Shown here piece by piece: positions 39,499 to 53,973 of a DNA stretch of 64,000 bases. A model generated the notes under the pieces. That model worked only from the letters and a program-made list of their open reading frames with translations. It was not told the origin of the DNA and did not search any database. Source of the stretch: Octopus sinensis (taxonomy: Eukaryota); NCBI RefSeq assembly GCF_006345805.1, contig NC_043005.1:16430001-16494000 (forward strand). The letters run 5' to 3'. Position 1 is the stretch's first letter. Each line of letters starts with the position of its first letter. Position numbers and translations under genes: made by a program.

Positions 39499-39586
<88 letters not shown>

Positions 39587-40044
39587 AGGTTTGGAGATGA
39601 TATACAGGTATTATATATTAGAAGAAATGAGGTACTCAGAAAATCGGATGGTTTATATTTATAGATATTTATTTGTATATTACATTTTTTATATATATCA
39701 TATAACTTAGATCATGTATTAGCGCTTTCTCCCATTCTAGTGGGGTTTCAAATCAAACTAAGTTATATATATACATATATATATATGTATGTGTGTATGT
39801 ATGTGTGTGTATATGTTTGTGTGTCTGTGTTAGTCCCCCCAACATCGCTTGACAACCAATGGTCGTGTGTTTACGTCCTCCCCCGTAACTTAGTGGTTCA
39901 GCAAAAGAGACGGCTAGAATAAGTACTAGGCTTCCAAAGAATAAGCCCCAGGGTTGATTTGCTTGACTAAAGGCAGTGCTCCAGCATGGCCACAGTCAAA
40001 TGACTGAAACAAGTAAAAGAGTGAAAAGATTATTGATATTATAT

Positions 40045-40094
<50 letters not shown>

Positions 40095-40753
40095 TATACA
40101 CACATGTGTTCAGATTAGTGCACATGTATGCATATGTATCTATGTATGTATGTGTGTCTGTGTGTATACACACACACACAAAGTAATGTATTTCTAAACA
40201 AAGGCAACGCCTGTGTTCATAAATAACTTGACCAATGAGACATGGATTTCTCTTCAAATTTCATTTTCTCTTATGTCTGACACTCTATTCCAGACAAAAC
40301 AAAATACTGCAGTTTGCTTATACGAAGTATTTTCAATATAAACAATATTTTCAGCTAATCCTATACTCGGGAATAGAATGATTAATATGTTATTCCAACA
40401 GCCAACACTTGAACAGTGAGAAACGGGTGTGCTTCTATGTACTCTGTACTCTCTCTTTTTACTCTTTTACTTGCTTCAGTCGTTTGACTGTGGCCATGCT
40501 GGAGCACCGCCTTTAGTCGAGCAAATCAACCCCAGGACTTATTCTTTGTAAGCCTTGTACTTATTCTATCGGTCTCTTTTGCTGAACCACTAAGTTACGG
40601 GGACGTAAACACACCAGCATCGGTTGTCGAGCAATGTTGAGGGGACAAATACAGAAACTCTGCCAGATTAGATCGGAGCCTGGTGAAGCCATCTGGTTTG
40701 CCAGTCCTCAGTCAAATCGTCCAACCCATGCTAGCATGGAAAGTGGACGTTAA

Positions 40754-40786
<33 letters not shown>

Positions 40787-40792
40787 ATTATT

Positions 40793-40866
40793 CAGGTCAC
40801 TGCCTGGAATCGAAGTCAGAATCTTGGGGTTAGTAGCCTGCGCTCTTAACCACTACGCCATATGCC
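40793..40866 (-). other. tRNA-like Pol III head (SINE-derived, not a functional tRNA)
   Basis: ggcataTGGCGTAGTGGttaagagc...gaCTTCGATTCCagg: A/B-box-like motifs, but acceptor and anticodon stems are imperfect; ends in (AAT)n. Confidence 0.5.
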
Positions 40867-40873
40867 CGTGGGC

Positions 40874-40915
<42 letters not shown>

Positions 40916-40985
40916 TAATAATAATAATAATAATAATATTGAAAAATACCTTAGGAGTGAGAACCCAGGTTCGAAATTTCCCGAA

Positions 40986-41031
40986 GACACCTGATGAAGG
41001 CTGGAGGGTATATCAGCCAAAATGTTGTGTT
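40986..41031 (+). ncRNA. Decayed minimal type I hammerhead motif
   Basis: gacac CTGATGA a GGCTG-gagggtatat-CAGCC aAAA tg TT gtgtt. Two CpG-type transitions separate it from ...CAGCCGAAACGTTGTGTT. Confidence 0.65.
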
Positions 41032-43554
41032 AACAAACAAAATGAGGACAAATATCTATCAAATGTAAATAATGTAAATAATGCATTTTTCTGTCTAGCA
41101 GATCATTAAGCAGCTTCACCAGTACTAGTTGCACAAAAAAAAAAAACAGGCACCCAGGACACATGGTAATAAGGTTGGCATTAGGAAGGACATCCAGCAG
41201 TAGAAACCATACCAAAGCTGACACTGGAATTTAGCGCAGCCTTGCAGCTCACCAGATCACATCAAACTGTCCAAAACATGCTAGCTGTAAAACACATGAT
41301 AGATGATGATGGTAATGATGATGGTAATGATGATGAATGAATGACAGTGTGGCTCATTTTTAGACTAATAATTCCTGAAATCTTTTCAACATTACACTCA
41401 ACTTACTTTAAGAAAAATACATAGGTCACATTAGATAATATAGTCCTAAATATAATCTGTACTAGCTGGCGCCATGCCATCAAAAGTGACGGCTAATTGT
41501 AGTATTTTATATATAAATATGGATGGTAAATCAAATTAATACACTTGTCAATGTTATCTGGTTGTTGTCTTTTGAGATGTGACATCGATCATTGTTTGTT
41601 ACTGAAAGAATGCTAGTTCACACATGCAAACATTCACATACTTCCCTTGTACACGCACACACATATACTCACACAGAGTTGAAACGCTGCATGATTTTTC
41701 TTTTTAGTGTTGAATGTTCACCATCCCACTTCCACTGCACACACACAAACATTCTCATACACACACATATACTCACACAGAGTTGAAACGCTATCCCTCA
41801 ACCAGTTTGCCATCACCCCTTCCTTCCTTATTCATCTCTCACCCCTTCCTTTTTCCTTCAGATGTTGTGACAGTGAAAAACACAAGAGTATTATTATAGT
41901 AGATAATGAGATGGACATTCAAAGCTAAAATAACTTTGTACATAAGTTTGCATGATCAGCAGTGACTATAAGATGGAAAAAAATTAAAAAACAACTACAG
42001 CAACAACTATAAGAATATTGGTTTCTAACAAGACACAAGGCCTTGAAATCAAGATATAGGTGTCATCAATTAAACTGAATCCTTTAATTGACTGATATTT
42101 TATTCAATTGGCCCCAGAAAGATAAAATACAAAGTTGGCCTTCAGTGTGGTTTGAACTCAAAATGTAAAGGTCCATAACTAAATAGTGCAAAGCGTTGTA
42201 GCAAATCTGAATTGTAGCACTGTGGCAAGATTGGAGCAAATCTGCCAAAGTGATTTTTTTGAAAGAGAGAACTTCTAGAATTTCTTCAAACCCCCAATGG
42301 ACGAAGTAGGATTATTAGGTGAGATTAATCTAGAGATTACTAAATGAAACAGACATATGTATTTATGTTCAAGTACTTATGAACTCAGGCAGGATGGTGT
42401 GGTTCTGAGAAAATTGTCTTATGATTATATTGCTTCAAGTTCAATCCCACACCACGGTACCTGGGATAAGTGACTGTCTTCAACTACGGTAGCATCATCA
42501 AGCTGACAAAGACTTCCAGAGCAGAATTTGGTAAATGGAAATTTCTTTTACTCTTTTACTTGTTTCAGTCATTTGACTGCGGCCATGCTGGAGCACCGCC
42601 TTTAGTCGAGCAAATCAACCCCAGGACTTATTCTTTGTAAGCCTAGTACTTATTCTATTGGTCTCTTTTGCTGAACCGCTAAGTTACAGGGACGTAAACA
42701 CATGAGCATCAGTTGTCAAGTAATGTTGGGGGCACAAACACAGACGCACAAACATATACAAACACATACACATATATATACATGTATATGACGGGCTTCT
42801 TTCAGTTTCTGTCTACCAAATCCACTCACAAGGCTTTTGGTCGGCCCGAGGCTATAGTAGAAGACACTTGCCCAAGGTGCCATGCAGTGGGATTGAACCC
42901 GGAACCATGTGGTTTGTAAGGAAGCTGCTTACCACACAGCCACTCCTACGCCTGTCTATCACATATTGGCTACTTTATTGAGAAAGATTAATACCAAATG
43001 TTGGAAGAGTGATAAATCAACATCTAGAATGCACATTTACTCTAGTCATTGAAATACACTTTTACAGACCAAGCTGGAGCAACTGCCATATACTTGTAAT
43101 AATTATAAGTTAGTATGGACATGGCTATGTGGTTGAAAAGCTTGCTTCCAGTCATGTGGTTTTAAGTTCACTCCCACTGGGTGACACCTTGGACAAGTGT
43201 CTTCTATTATAGCCCTAATAAATAAAATAAATAAATGCGCCCTTTTAAAGCCTAGCCAAGCTCATGGGCCTGGTTTCCCAGTTTCAATGGCGTATGTGTT
43301 CCCCAGTTGGACGGGACACCAGTCCATCACAGCGTTACTCATTTTTGCCAGCTGAGTGGACTGGAGCAACGTGAAATTAAGTGTTTTGTTTAAGAACACA
43401 ACGCGTCACCCGGTCCAGGAATCGAAACCACAATCTTATGATCATGGTGCTGACACCCTAACCACTAAGCCAGGTGCCTCCACTTTATTATAGCCCTAGG
43501 TTAACAAAAACCTTATTAATGAATTCAGTAGATGGCATCTGAAAAAAAGGAGTG

Positions 43555-43600
<46 letters not shown>

Positions 43601-44879
43601 ACATGTGTGTGTGTGTGCACATGTGTGTGTGCCCTCTCTTAGCATCATTTGGTGGTTGTAAACAAGTGGCATCATCATACAAGAGATGTTGCTCAACGTG
43701 TCTGGCCATGGGAAATATTAGCTTGTTGGTGAACAGATGAAGGTTTGTGACTGGAAAGGTACCCAGCCGCAAAATGTCTGTCTCAACAAATTCCATCTGA
43801 CCTATGGACATTAAATGACAATGATGATGTTGATGATGATGATGTGTCGATAAAACAAAGCTTAGAGTCAATATGAACACCTAAAATTGGTGCACCAGCA
43901 TGGCCACAGTCCAGTAACTGTAAACCAGTGAAGGAATAAAACACAAAATAAAAAATATTTTACTGAAGTTTTCAGCAAGATATCAAATTGCAAATTTTAT
44001 TGTGCAAAACTTGCATTTTTTTAATATTTTGTTGTTTTTTTTCTTCTTTATTTTCATGTTCCTTGACATAAAGAAATGTAATCTGGGTGGTTGATATACT
44101 TAGATGACATGTATATACAACAGGATATGACGATATGAAGCAACATGGAGTGTGGTAGGGTTTTAGCTTGTTGGTGAAAGAAAATGTTTGCAGGAATGTT
44201 AAGTTTCAAGCTGAAAACTGATTCTTTTAGTTTACTAATCTGATCTAATACCTTTAAGACTGTGTCGGGTGTTGTTGGTGTTGTTCTTGTTGTTGGTAAC
44301 GGTGTTACTGTTGTTCATGTCATTGCTTAACCCCAGGTCAAACCTAATTAAACAGACTTATGATCAGAAACATTCCAACCATATCACCATCATCATCATC
44401 ATCGTTTTAATGCTCATTTTTCCATGCTTGCATGGGACAAATGGAATTCATTGAGGCAGATTCTTCTATGGCCAGATGCCCTTCCTTTACCCCAACCGGC
44501 ACCCATTTCCAAGCAAGGTAACATTTCTCCATCTCCAGACATTGGCACAGAAGATTGAAAACAAAGGGGACCATTCATATGATAGTCGTACTTGCTCGCA
44601 ACTATCACACAAAGACAAGGCAAGGAGACAGTAATACAAATACACGCACATATACGACAGGCTTCTTTCAGTTTCCATCTACCAAAGCCACTCACAAAGT
44701 TTTGGTCAGCAATGGAGTTATAGTAGAAGACACCTGCCCAAGGTGCCATGCAGTGGAACTGAACCTGGACCCATGCTAGTTGGAAAGCAAACATCTCACC
44801 ACATAACCACACCTGTGTCTCATCCATCCATTCATTCATACATACATACATACATACAAACAAACAAACAAACAACTAG

Positions 44880-45200
44880 TTTGAAACCGCCAGCTTCTAT
44901 ATCCAGACTATGAATTCATATTCATACCAATGATAATTGGAGCACCAGGTTTTGTTAGTAAATGCTTAAAGGAGAATCTGGATAGACTGGGATTTTCAGA
45001 AAGAGAAATCGACTGGCCGATTTGTATATTACAAGTGCAATCTGTGAGTGGAACAGTAAAAATATGCAAGACTTTTCCCAAGTTCCACATGTGAATTTGT
45101 CTGTGTTAACTACATCCCAAAGATGGGGCCTTGTATCTTTGATGGATATTGGCTTCCTCTTCAGTGGAAGATTTATGATAATTAAAAAATAGAAGAGAGA
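44880..45200 (+). mobile_element. RLE-type non-LTR retrotransposon 3' end abutting (TACA)n
   Basis: Frame from 44891 reads QLLYPDYEFIFIPMIIGAPGFVSKCLKENLDRLGF...SVSGTVKICKTF*, then a UTR and (ACAT)n. Confidence 0.65.
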
Positions 45201-45202
45201 GA

Positions 45203-45379
45203 CATACATACATACATACATGCATGCATGCATGCAAGCATACATACATACATACATACATACATACATACATAAATACATACATACATACATACATATA
45301 TACATACATACATACATACATAAATACATACATACATACATACATACATACATACATACATACATACATCATATATACA

Positions 45380-45413
<34 letters not shown>

Positions 45414-45440
45414 CATACATACATATGTACATACATACAT
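45203..45440. repeat. (ACAT)n microsatellite
   Basis: Direct reading. Confidence 0.95.
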
Positions 45441-46512
45441 TGTTGTTGTTTCCTTTATTCTGTACAGAATTAAAAAAGTGGTAGAACAAAGAGAGAAACT
45501 GAAGGAATGTCCTACAGATCTGACTTGACACTTGCCACAGAATGGACTCTTCTAAAAGCATGAAAGGGTCAAGTGGGCAATAGACAATATTCTTACAGGT
45601 TTCTGTTGACCAGTTTTCTAAGCCATTCTACACCTGATAAATTCCATCCTATTATCTTCAAAAAAAGGGTAAGAGAACACATTAGATAATGTACTCCTAG
45701 ATACATTACATCTGAATGAAAGACAAACTAATTACAACTAGAACAAATTAACCATAAGTCTACTGGTCAGAGGTCAACTGGGCTAAACAGCGAAAATATG
45801 TTTGTGTGGCCTTCCATAGATGTAGCTACCCAGAAATCACTCAATCGCTAACAACCCCCACCACCTACACTGTTTTTAAAAGTACAATTTCTTTATGCTT
45901 TTAGTCAGAGGAGAAGGAAGAGGAAGCCATGTCCTTTCAATAAGGCTTCTGAGACTGGTAGAAGACAGGAAGGAAGTCCTGGAATATTCTGAAGATCTAT
46001 TCTGAAAGCCTACCATAGAGTGAATTCTACTAAAGATACTCAAGTGTCAAGGGGTTTGCAGCAATTTTATGAGCATATTGCTTGCTTCAGTAGGTTTTGT
46101 TGAGCCTTGTGATGTGTCACCAATTGATGCATTTAGTGGTGAATCAATGTTCTTTCTTCTTTCTTCCTCCTTGTCTTCTTTCTTGTTTCTTTCTTCACTC
46201 ATGTTTGTGTTTCCTTTGGTTTTAGATTTGATTTGTATTTTAACATGGTTTCGTATTATATATGTATCATACACATGTGCGTTATATACTCTTTACTCTT
46301 TACTCTTTTACTTGTTTCAGTCATTTGACTGTGGCCATGCTGGAGCACCGCCTTTAATTGAGCAACTCAACCCCGGGACTTATTCTTTTGTAAGCCCAGT
46401 ACTCATTCTATTGGTCTCTTTTGCCGAACCGCTAAGTAACGGGGACTTAAACACACCAGCATCAGTTGTCAAGCGATGCTAGGGGGACAAACACAGACAC
46501 ACAACACACACA

Positions 46513-46553
<41 letters not shown>

Positions 46554-47333
46554 GACTGGACTGGTGCAGCTTTCGGGCTCCCCAGACCCCAGTTGAACCG
46601 TCCAACCCATGCTAGCACGGAAAGCGGACGTTAAATGATGATGATGATGATGATGATGATATATATATTATATACATACATACAACGAGCTTCTTTTCAG
46701 TTTCTGTCTACCAAATCCACTCACAAGGCTTTGGTCGGCCCGAGGCTACAGTAGAAGACACTTGACCAAGGTGCCACGCAGTGGGACTGAACCCGGAACC
46801 ATGTGGTTGGTAAACAAGCTACTTACCACACAGCTACTCCTTATATATGTAATTATTAAATTCAAATCTTAATTTTCTAAATAAAACAAAATTATAAAGA
46901 TTAGATCCACAACCCAAAGACAAGAACAGACACAATTTAAAAGATGCTGGCCAGGCTTAGGCTACAGAAGGAGACAGACACTTGCCGCCAGATGTCACAC
47001 TGTGGCATAAAAATCAGAGTCATGTAGTTCTTAAGCTAACTTTTAAAGAACACAGCCATATGTGTATCTACAGTGGAAGTTCTTACTGGTTTATTTTTTT
47101 CTACTAGACATAACAACAACAACAAAAAAGCAGACAGTACAGTACAGTATTCATTAATAATTACTGAGTGTAATAGAGAATACATTGGCATTTACTGTAA
47201 TAGTGTACACATAAAGTATAGTACATGTAAACATTTAGTACAGCACTGTAGAAATAAATGAAAAATGGGATGTGACAAAAGTGCATGTCAGCTTGGAATT
47301 TATATGTATCATAATAAAAATAAACTGTATAAT

Positions 47334-47380
<47 letters not shown>

Positions 47381-47686
47381 TAAAGATATATATTACAATA
47401 TACACACACACGCACACATACACACACACACACACAGAAGACATATATTACAATATTACTAACTTTATATATATATATATATGTGTGTGTGCGTGCGTGT
47501 GTGTGTGTGTATGCATGTGTTATAACACACTTTTTTCAATACCACACACATACACAACATACACACATATATAGTGTAAGAGAAAGAAAGACACACGGAC
47601 ATGTGTATGTGCGCACAAACACGCATTCATACTTACGCCCACAATTGCTGCACCATTAATATATACTTAGATATTTTTTATTGCAT

Positions 47687-47721
<35 letters not shown>

Positions 47722-49689
47722 TTCATACACACACATTACAAAATTTATTTCAATGTACATATGTAACACTTACAACATATGCTAAAATATTCTTAGTTTT
47801 ATCTACATACAACTAAGTTAATACCACCACAACATCATATCTTGCTTTTTAATGTATTTCCATTAGTTTTAATTTTATTCTAACAGAAAAACAGATTTTG
47901 CTTTTTAAATTTTGTCTAACATCTTAACTAAAGTAATCCATAACCTTTTTGTTACCAACCCAGGACCACCCATAATTCTGATATAAATTACCTCTTTTAA
48001 AATGATATAAATTATAACGTTCCTTCAATTTCCACATTGACTTGTGTTTCAAAAACTAGCTTGATAATGATAAAGTTATTTCAATCAAGTTTTCGTTATT
48101 TTCCAAACTTGAGAAGACAGGCCCACCACAACAGAATTGAGACCCTAAAACCAAGATGCCATATAAAAAACATTGTTGTGGGTGCTGGCGCCACTTAAAA
48201 AGCATTGGCGATGGTGCCACATAAAAAGCACCAAGTACACTCTGTGGAGTGATTGGCTTTAGAAAGGGCATCCGGCCATAGAAACCAAACCTAAACAGAT
48301 TATGAAACCTGGCATGGCCCCTGGCCTTACCAGTTCCTGTCAAGCCTTCCAACCCATGCCAGCATGGAAAACAGACATCAAATGTTGATGATGATGATGA
48401 TGGTGATGAAATGCAGATTTATGTTGACAAAAGGGATTAAACAGTTGTTCTTATTTGTTTGTCTTCGAATAATGATTTAAGGCAGGTGCATAGGACCACA
48501 ATGTTTGACAGGGAGTGGTGAGTGGTCAGAAGAGATGATTAAATGTCCTCAGGTAGTGGAATAGTACTTAATTTTATCATTCATGTTGGCACTCTGTCAC
48601 CACCATCTTTACATTCTTTCCATCTACCCTTCTGTAATGCAGCTCTTCTTTAGCAAGTCACTCATACTTAACCTCTCAACACCTGGTATGAAGCCATCTC
48701 CCTCCTCCTCTCTAAAATACATTCTCACCTGGTTGAGGGGAGGTGGGGGGATTTCTTTTCTTGTTTTACAAGTTACTTGGTGACCTCCTTAGTGCCAATG
48801 TCACAGAAAAAAGTACCCAGTGTACATAGTAAAGTGACTGCCATTAAGAAGGGTACCCAGCTGTAGAAACCATACCAATGCTGACACTGTAGCTTGATGT
48901 AGTCTTGTGACTGATCACATCCAGATGAACTGGTTAGATCCAGTTCTGTGACTGGTCAGATCCAGACAAACTATCCAACCCATGCCATTGTGCAGCACCT
49001 TCAACAGGTGTTTTCTGTTATAGTCCAGGGTCCACAAATACCCCTTAAGGAAAACACAACTGAAAATCATATTCTCTTTTACTCTTTTTTTACTTGTTTC
49101 AGCCATTTGACTGTGGCCATACTGGAGCACTGCTTTTAGTCAAGCAAATCAACCCCAGGACTTATTCTTTGTAAGCCTAGTACTTATTCTATCGGTCTCT
49201 TTTGCTGAACCACTAAGTTACGGGGACATAAACATACCAGCATTGGTTATCAAATGATGTTAGGGACACAAACAAACAAACACATACATATATATATGTA
49301 TGTGTATATATATATATACACATATATACGACGGGCTTCTTTCTGTCTACCAAATCCACGCACAAGGCTTTGGTTAGCCCGAGGCTATAGTAGAAGACAC
49401 TTGCCCAAGGTGCCACGCAGTGGGACTGAACCCGAAACCATGTGGTTGGTAAGCAAGCTATTTACCACACAGCCACTCCTATATAGAATTTTTACATAAT
49501 AAACTACACGTTAATAGTTGTGTGTGTGCTTTAATATTAGCAGGGGTGGGTAGTATAACAGCATACCTCTTTCCCAAAGTGAACTTCCTTTTCTTTCTAA
49601 AATGTCAAACTAGAACCATATGTTGTAAGTCTTAAATCTAATAGTTGCTTTTTATTATTATTATTTTTGCTTTTCTTTATATATTTGTG

Positions 49690-49905
49690 TTTGGTCATGT
49701 GATACGTATGGATGAGGACAGCTGTATAAAGAAGTGACGAGCTCTAATTGTGGAGGGTACCTGTGGAAAGGATAGACCCAGGAAGATGTGGGACGAAGTG
49801 GTGAGAAAGGATTTTCGGATGCTGGGCCTCACTGACGAAATGACAAGGGACCAGGAAATGTGGTGATTTGCAGCACTTGATAATACACATCAAGCCAAGT
49901 AATAT
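49690..49905 (+). mobile_element. RTE-clade LINE 3' fragment
   Basis: Same family as 19305-19500 (ggtcatgtg...gaggacagctgt...ggtagacccaggaagatgtggga). Confidence 0.7.
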
Positions 49906-50156
49906 CGCTGTCTTCCACATATACAAGGATTGTCCTTTCAGGTGCTGGTGCCAATTAAAAAGCACCTGTGCTGGTGCTGCATTAACACACCTGTGTCAGT
50001 ACTGCATAAACACACCCATAATGGTGACACGTAAAAAGCACCCAATACACTCTACTAAGGGTTTGGCATTAGGAAGGGCATCCAGCCATAGAAATCATGC
50101 CACAACAGACAACTGGAGTCCAGACAGCTCCCGGTCAGCCAGCTCCACATCAAACC

Positions 50157-50388
50157 TATTTCTTTATTATCCACAAGGGGCTAAACATAGAAGGGACAAA
50201 CAAGGACAGACATAGGTATTAAGTCGATTACATCGACCCCAGTGCGTAACTGGTACTTAATTTATCGACCCCGAAAGGATGAAAGGTAAAGTCGACCTCG
50301 GCAGAATTTGAACTCACAACGTAACGGCAGACAAAATACCGCTAAGCATTTCGCCCGACGTGCTAACGTTTCTACCAGCTCTCCGCCT
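50157..50388 (-). mobile_element. SINE family A inserted into a family C element, 15-bp TSD
   Basis: GCTCCACATCAAACC at 50142-50156 and 50389-50403. Confidence 0.9.
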
Positions 50389-50671
50389 GCTCCACATCAA
50401 ACCATACAACCTGTGCCAGCATGGAGAGCAGACATTAAACGATGCTGATGGTGATGCTTGCTTGAGATTTACCAGAATACAGAAATAGTGTGAGAGATAT
50501 CGACTGAGCAAAAAGTGATGATACACTGACAGCATGTCGTCGTTTTTGGAGGACCATGAGGATATCATAAAATTTTCATGCTAATCAAAGATAGTCTTAT
50601 ATGTTACCTATCCTACTACTATAACTACACATATACATGTGTGAATGTGTGCGTATGTATGTATGTATGTA

Positions 50672-50745
<74 letters not shown>

Positions 50746-50816
50746 TATATATATAATATATATATATATAATATATAATATATATATATATTATATATAT
50801 ATAATATAATATATAT

Positions 50817-50850
<34 letters not shown>

Positions 50851-51105
50851 ATATATATATATATATAATATATATATATATATAATATATTTGGTGAAAT
50901 AGAAAGGTGAATAATCTTGTTGCAGATTAATCAAAAGTTTAACCGATACCTTGGTAGCAAAAATCACAGCAGAAGAAAGCACGGTTGGAGGTACAACCAT
51001 ATGGTGTTGCAACCGTGCGTTAGTGCGGATAATTGAATTTTAATATTATTAGTGAATTGAAGAAATGGAGTTGAACGAAGATTGAACAGAAATCTTTTTA
51101 TTGCA

Positions 51106-51185
51106 TTCTACACGTGTTTTGAAAGCCACAATTTACCAAATTCCGATTGAATAAGGAGACCATATTGTGTCTTTCTCTTTAGGAA
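51106..51185 (-). ncRNA. Decayed type I hammerhead motif (two core G-to-A changes)
   Basis: Minus strand ttc CTAAAGA gaaag-a-cacaat...attgtg-g-ctttc AAAA cacgtg TA gaa; palindromic ACACGTGT. The flank is similar to the 38.3-kb element (aaNtggagttgaacga). Confidence 0.55.
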
Positions 51186-51290
51186 GAAATAGGAATTCCG
51201 TTGGCAGAACAAAAACAGAACAGAGGCGCAGCAAAACAAATCGAACGAGGAGGCTCCTAAGAGCCCATATCTATATATATATATATATAT

Positions 51291-51358
<68 letters not shown>

Positions 51359-51443
51359 TATATATAATATATATATTATATATATAATTATATATATATA
51401 TATATTAATATATATATATATATATATTATATAATATATATAT

Positions 51444-51506
<63 letters not shown>

Positions 51507-51743
51507 ATAACAAAGGGTAAAATTAATTAATAAGAAGTAATCGATAATTTCACCAAGTAGAATTCGGCATGAAAAAGGACCATTTCACGGTAAAGCAAAT
51601 CTTTACTGAACCCTAATTATAAAGTATATATATTTATATTTATATATATATATATATATATATATCATATTATAATCAAGGATTTTATCAGGTAGCTAGC
51701 ATGTAAAACCTTTTAGGTAAAAATTAATACAGGGCATATAATT

Positions 51744-51870
51744 TTTTATAACAATTATAAGGGAAAACTATATGGTACTTCCACATGCTGGCACGTGGCA
51801 TGATCATGTAGATTTCACTTATTTTAATTGTTATACCATGTAGTTTACCCTTACTATAATTGTTATAAAA
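51744..51870. repeat. Small foldback/MITE, ~35-bp imperfect arms
   Basis: ttttataacaattata...tatggta / taccatg...tataattgttataaaa. Confidence 0.7.
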
Positions 51871-51875
51871 TATAT

Positions 51876-51926
<51 letters not shown>

Positions 51927-53065
51927 GGCGTAGAAGTGGCTGTGTGGTAAGTAGCTTGCTTACCAACCACATGGTTCCAGGTTCAGTCCCACTGCGTGGA
52001 ACCTTGGGCAAGTGTCTTGTACTATAGCCTCAGGCCAACCAAAGCCTTGTGAGTGGATTTGGTAGATAGAAACTGAAAGAAGCCTATTGTATATATGTAT
52101 ATGTATATGTATATATATGTGTGTGTGTATACATTTGTGTGTCTGTGTTTGTCCTCCCAACGTCGCTTGACAACCAATGCTGGTGTGTTTACGTCCCTGT
52201 AACTTAGCAGTTCAGCAAAAGAGACTGATAGAATAAGTACTAGGCTTACAAAGAATGAGTCCTGGAGTCGATTTGCTCAACTAAGTTACGGGGATGTAAA
52301 CACACCAGCATTGGTTGTCAAGCAATGTTGGGGGGACAAACACAGACATACAAACATATACACATAAGATGAGCTTCTTTCAGTTTCTGTCTACCAAATC
52401 CACTCACAAGGCTTTAGTTGGCCTGAGGCTATAGTAGAAGACACTTGCCCAACGTGCCCCGCAGTGGGATTGAACTTGGAACCATGTGGTTCGCTAGCAA
52501 GCTAACTTACCACACAGCCACTCCTACGCCTATTCAAGATAGAAATTTTAAAAGGGAACACCATTACAATAAAAAAAAGAACATAAAATCTAAACATCTA
52601 TAATAACAAATGCTACAAACATCGTGAGACAAAGAATAGGATTGTATACATTGAAGAGATAGGTTTTTAATATCATTATTATTATTATTATTATCATTAT
52701 ATTATGTAAATTGATGCCAGATGGTATTTAATAGGCAAAGGTGGTGATGGTGGTGACAATGGATGGGGGAGGAGATGATGCAGAATTGAAGCAGCATGTT
52801 GCTGCTTGGGTAAAAAGAAATCAAATTTGTTACACTTCTGCATGGAAAGAATTGTCTCCGTAGCAGACACCCCGAAAAAGAGAGGAAAACCAAGAAAGAA
52901 AAGAAAGTCTCTTGTCTGCTATTGTTTATGATAATGTCCTGGTTTTTCTCTAGGTAGAGGTGAGGTAGGGAGGTGTATATGTGTGGGTGTATGTGTGTGT
53001 GTGTGTGTCAGAAATTGAACTAAATTACAAACATGGAAAAAATTTCAAAATTAAGCAAGATGTGT

Positions 53066-53099
<34 letters not shown>

Positions 53100-53933
53100 T
53101 TATAGTATCCATGTGTATATGTGTGTATGTATACAGTAAAGAAATCATTGATATTTTTATTATTAATTTATTCTTGTTGCTGTTATTAGTGGGTGGTAAG
53201 TTGGCATAAAAAACAATGTCAGAGTTTATTATACAGAGAATTTGATTATTGTTGTTACTGTTGTTGTTGTTGTTGTTGTTGTAAAGACAGTGAGCTGGTA
53301 GAGCCATTAGTACACTAGGCAAAATGGCTTTTGTCCATCTTCATTACCTGAGTTCAAATTCCATCAAGGTGAACTTTGCCTTTCATCCTTCCAAGCTCCA
53401 TAAAATAAGTGCCAGTTGAACATCATGGTCAATGTAATTGACTTCCCCCTCCCCTCAAAAACTGCAAGCTCTATGCCAAAATTTGACACCATTATTATTG
53501 AGAGAGCAGAGCATGCCATCAGAGTGACACTAGGGTAAAATATACGAAGCCCAATATACCCATCATGACTACCTATCTGATAAGGGTACACCATGTACAT
53601 GCATATTATTATCAATATTATTTTTATTATTATTATTATTATTCATCATCATCATCATTTAGCATTCGCTTTCCATGCTAGCATGGATTGAACGGTTCAA
53701 CTGGGGTCTGTGAAGCCAGAAGGCTGCATCAGGCCCAGTCTGATCTGGCAGTGTTTCTACGGCTGGATGCCCTTCCTAACGCCAACCACTCCGTGAGTGT
53801 AGTGGGTGCTTTTTACGTGCCACCCGCACAGGTGCCAGACGGAGCTGGCAAACGGCCACGAACGGATGGTGCTTTTACATGCCACCGGCACGGGGTCCAG
53901 GTGAGGCTGGCAATGGCCACAAACGGATGGTGC

Positions 53934-53973
<40 letters not shown>

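Larger units (their letters stand above)
37520..39525. repeat. Near-identical ~1.0-kb tandem duplication bounded by (TA)n
   Basis: ~37520-38520 is repeated at ~38527-39525 with offset 1002-1007; differences are mostly in microsatellite length. Confidence 0.9.

Noticed and set aside
46047-46274. Charged minus-strand ORF (SEERNKKEDKEEERRKNIDS...) as a host-gene exon
   Set aside because: No pyrimidine-rich acceptor and no donor before the stop; its composition can be explained by a CT-rich tract.
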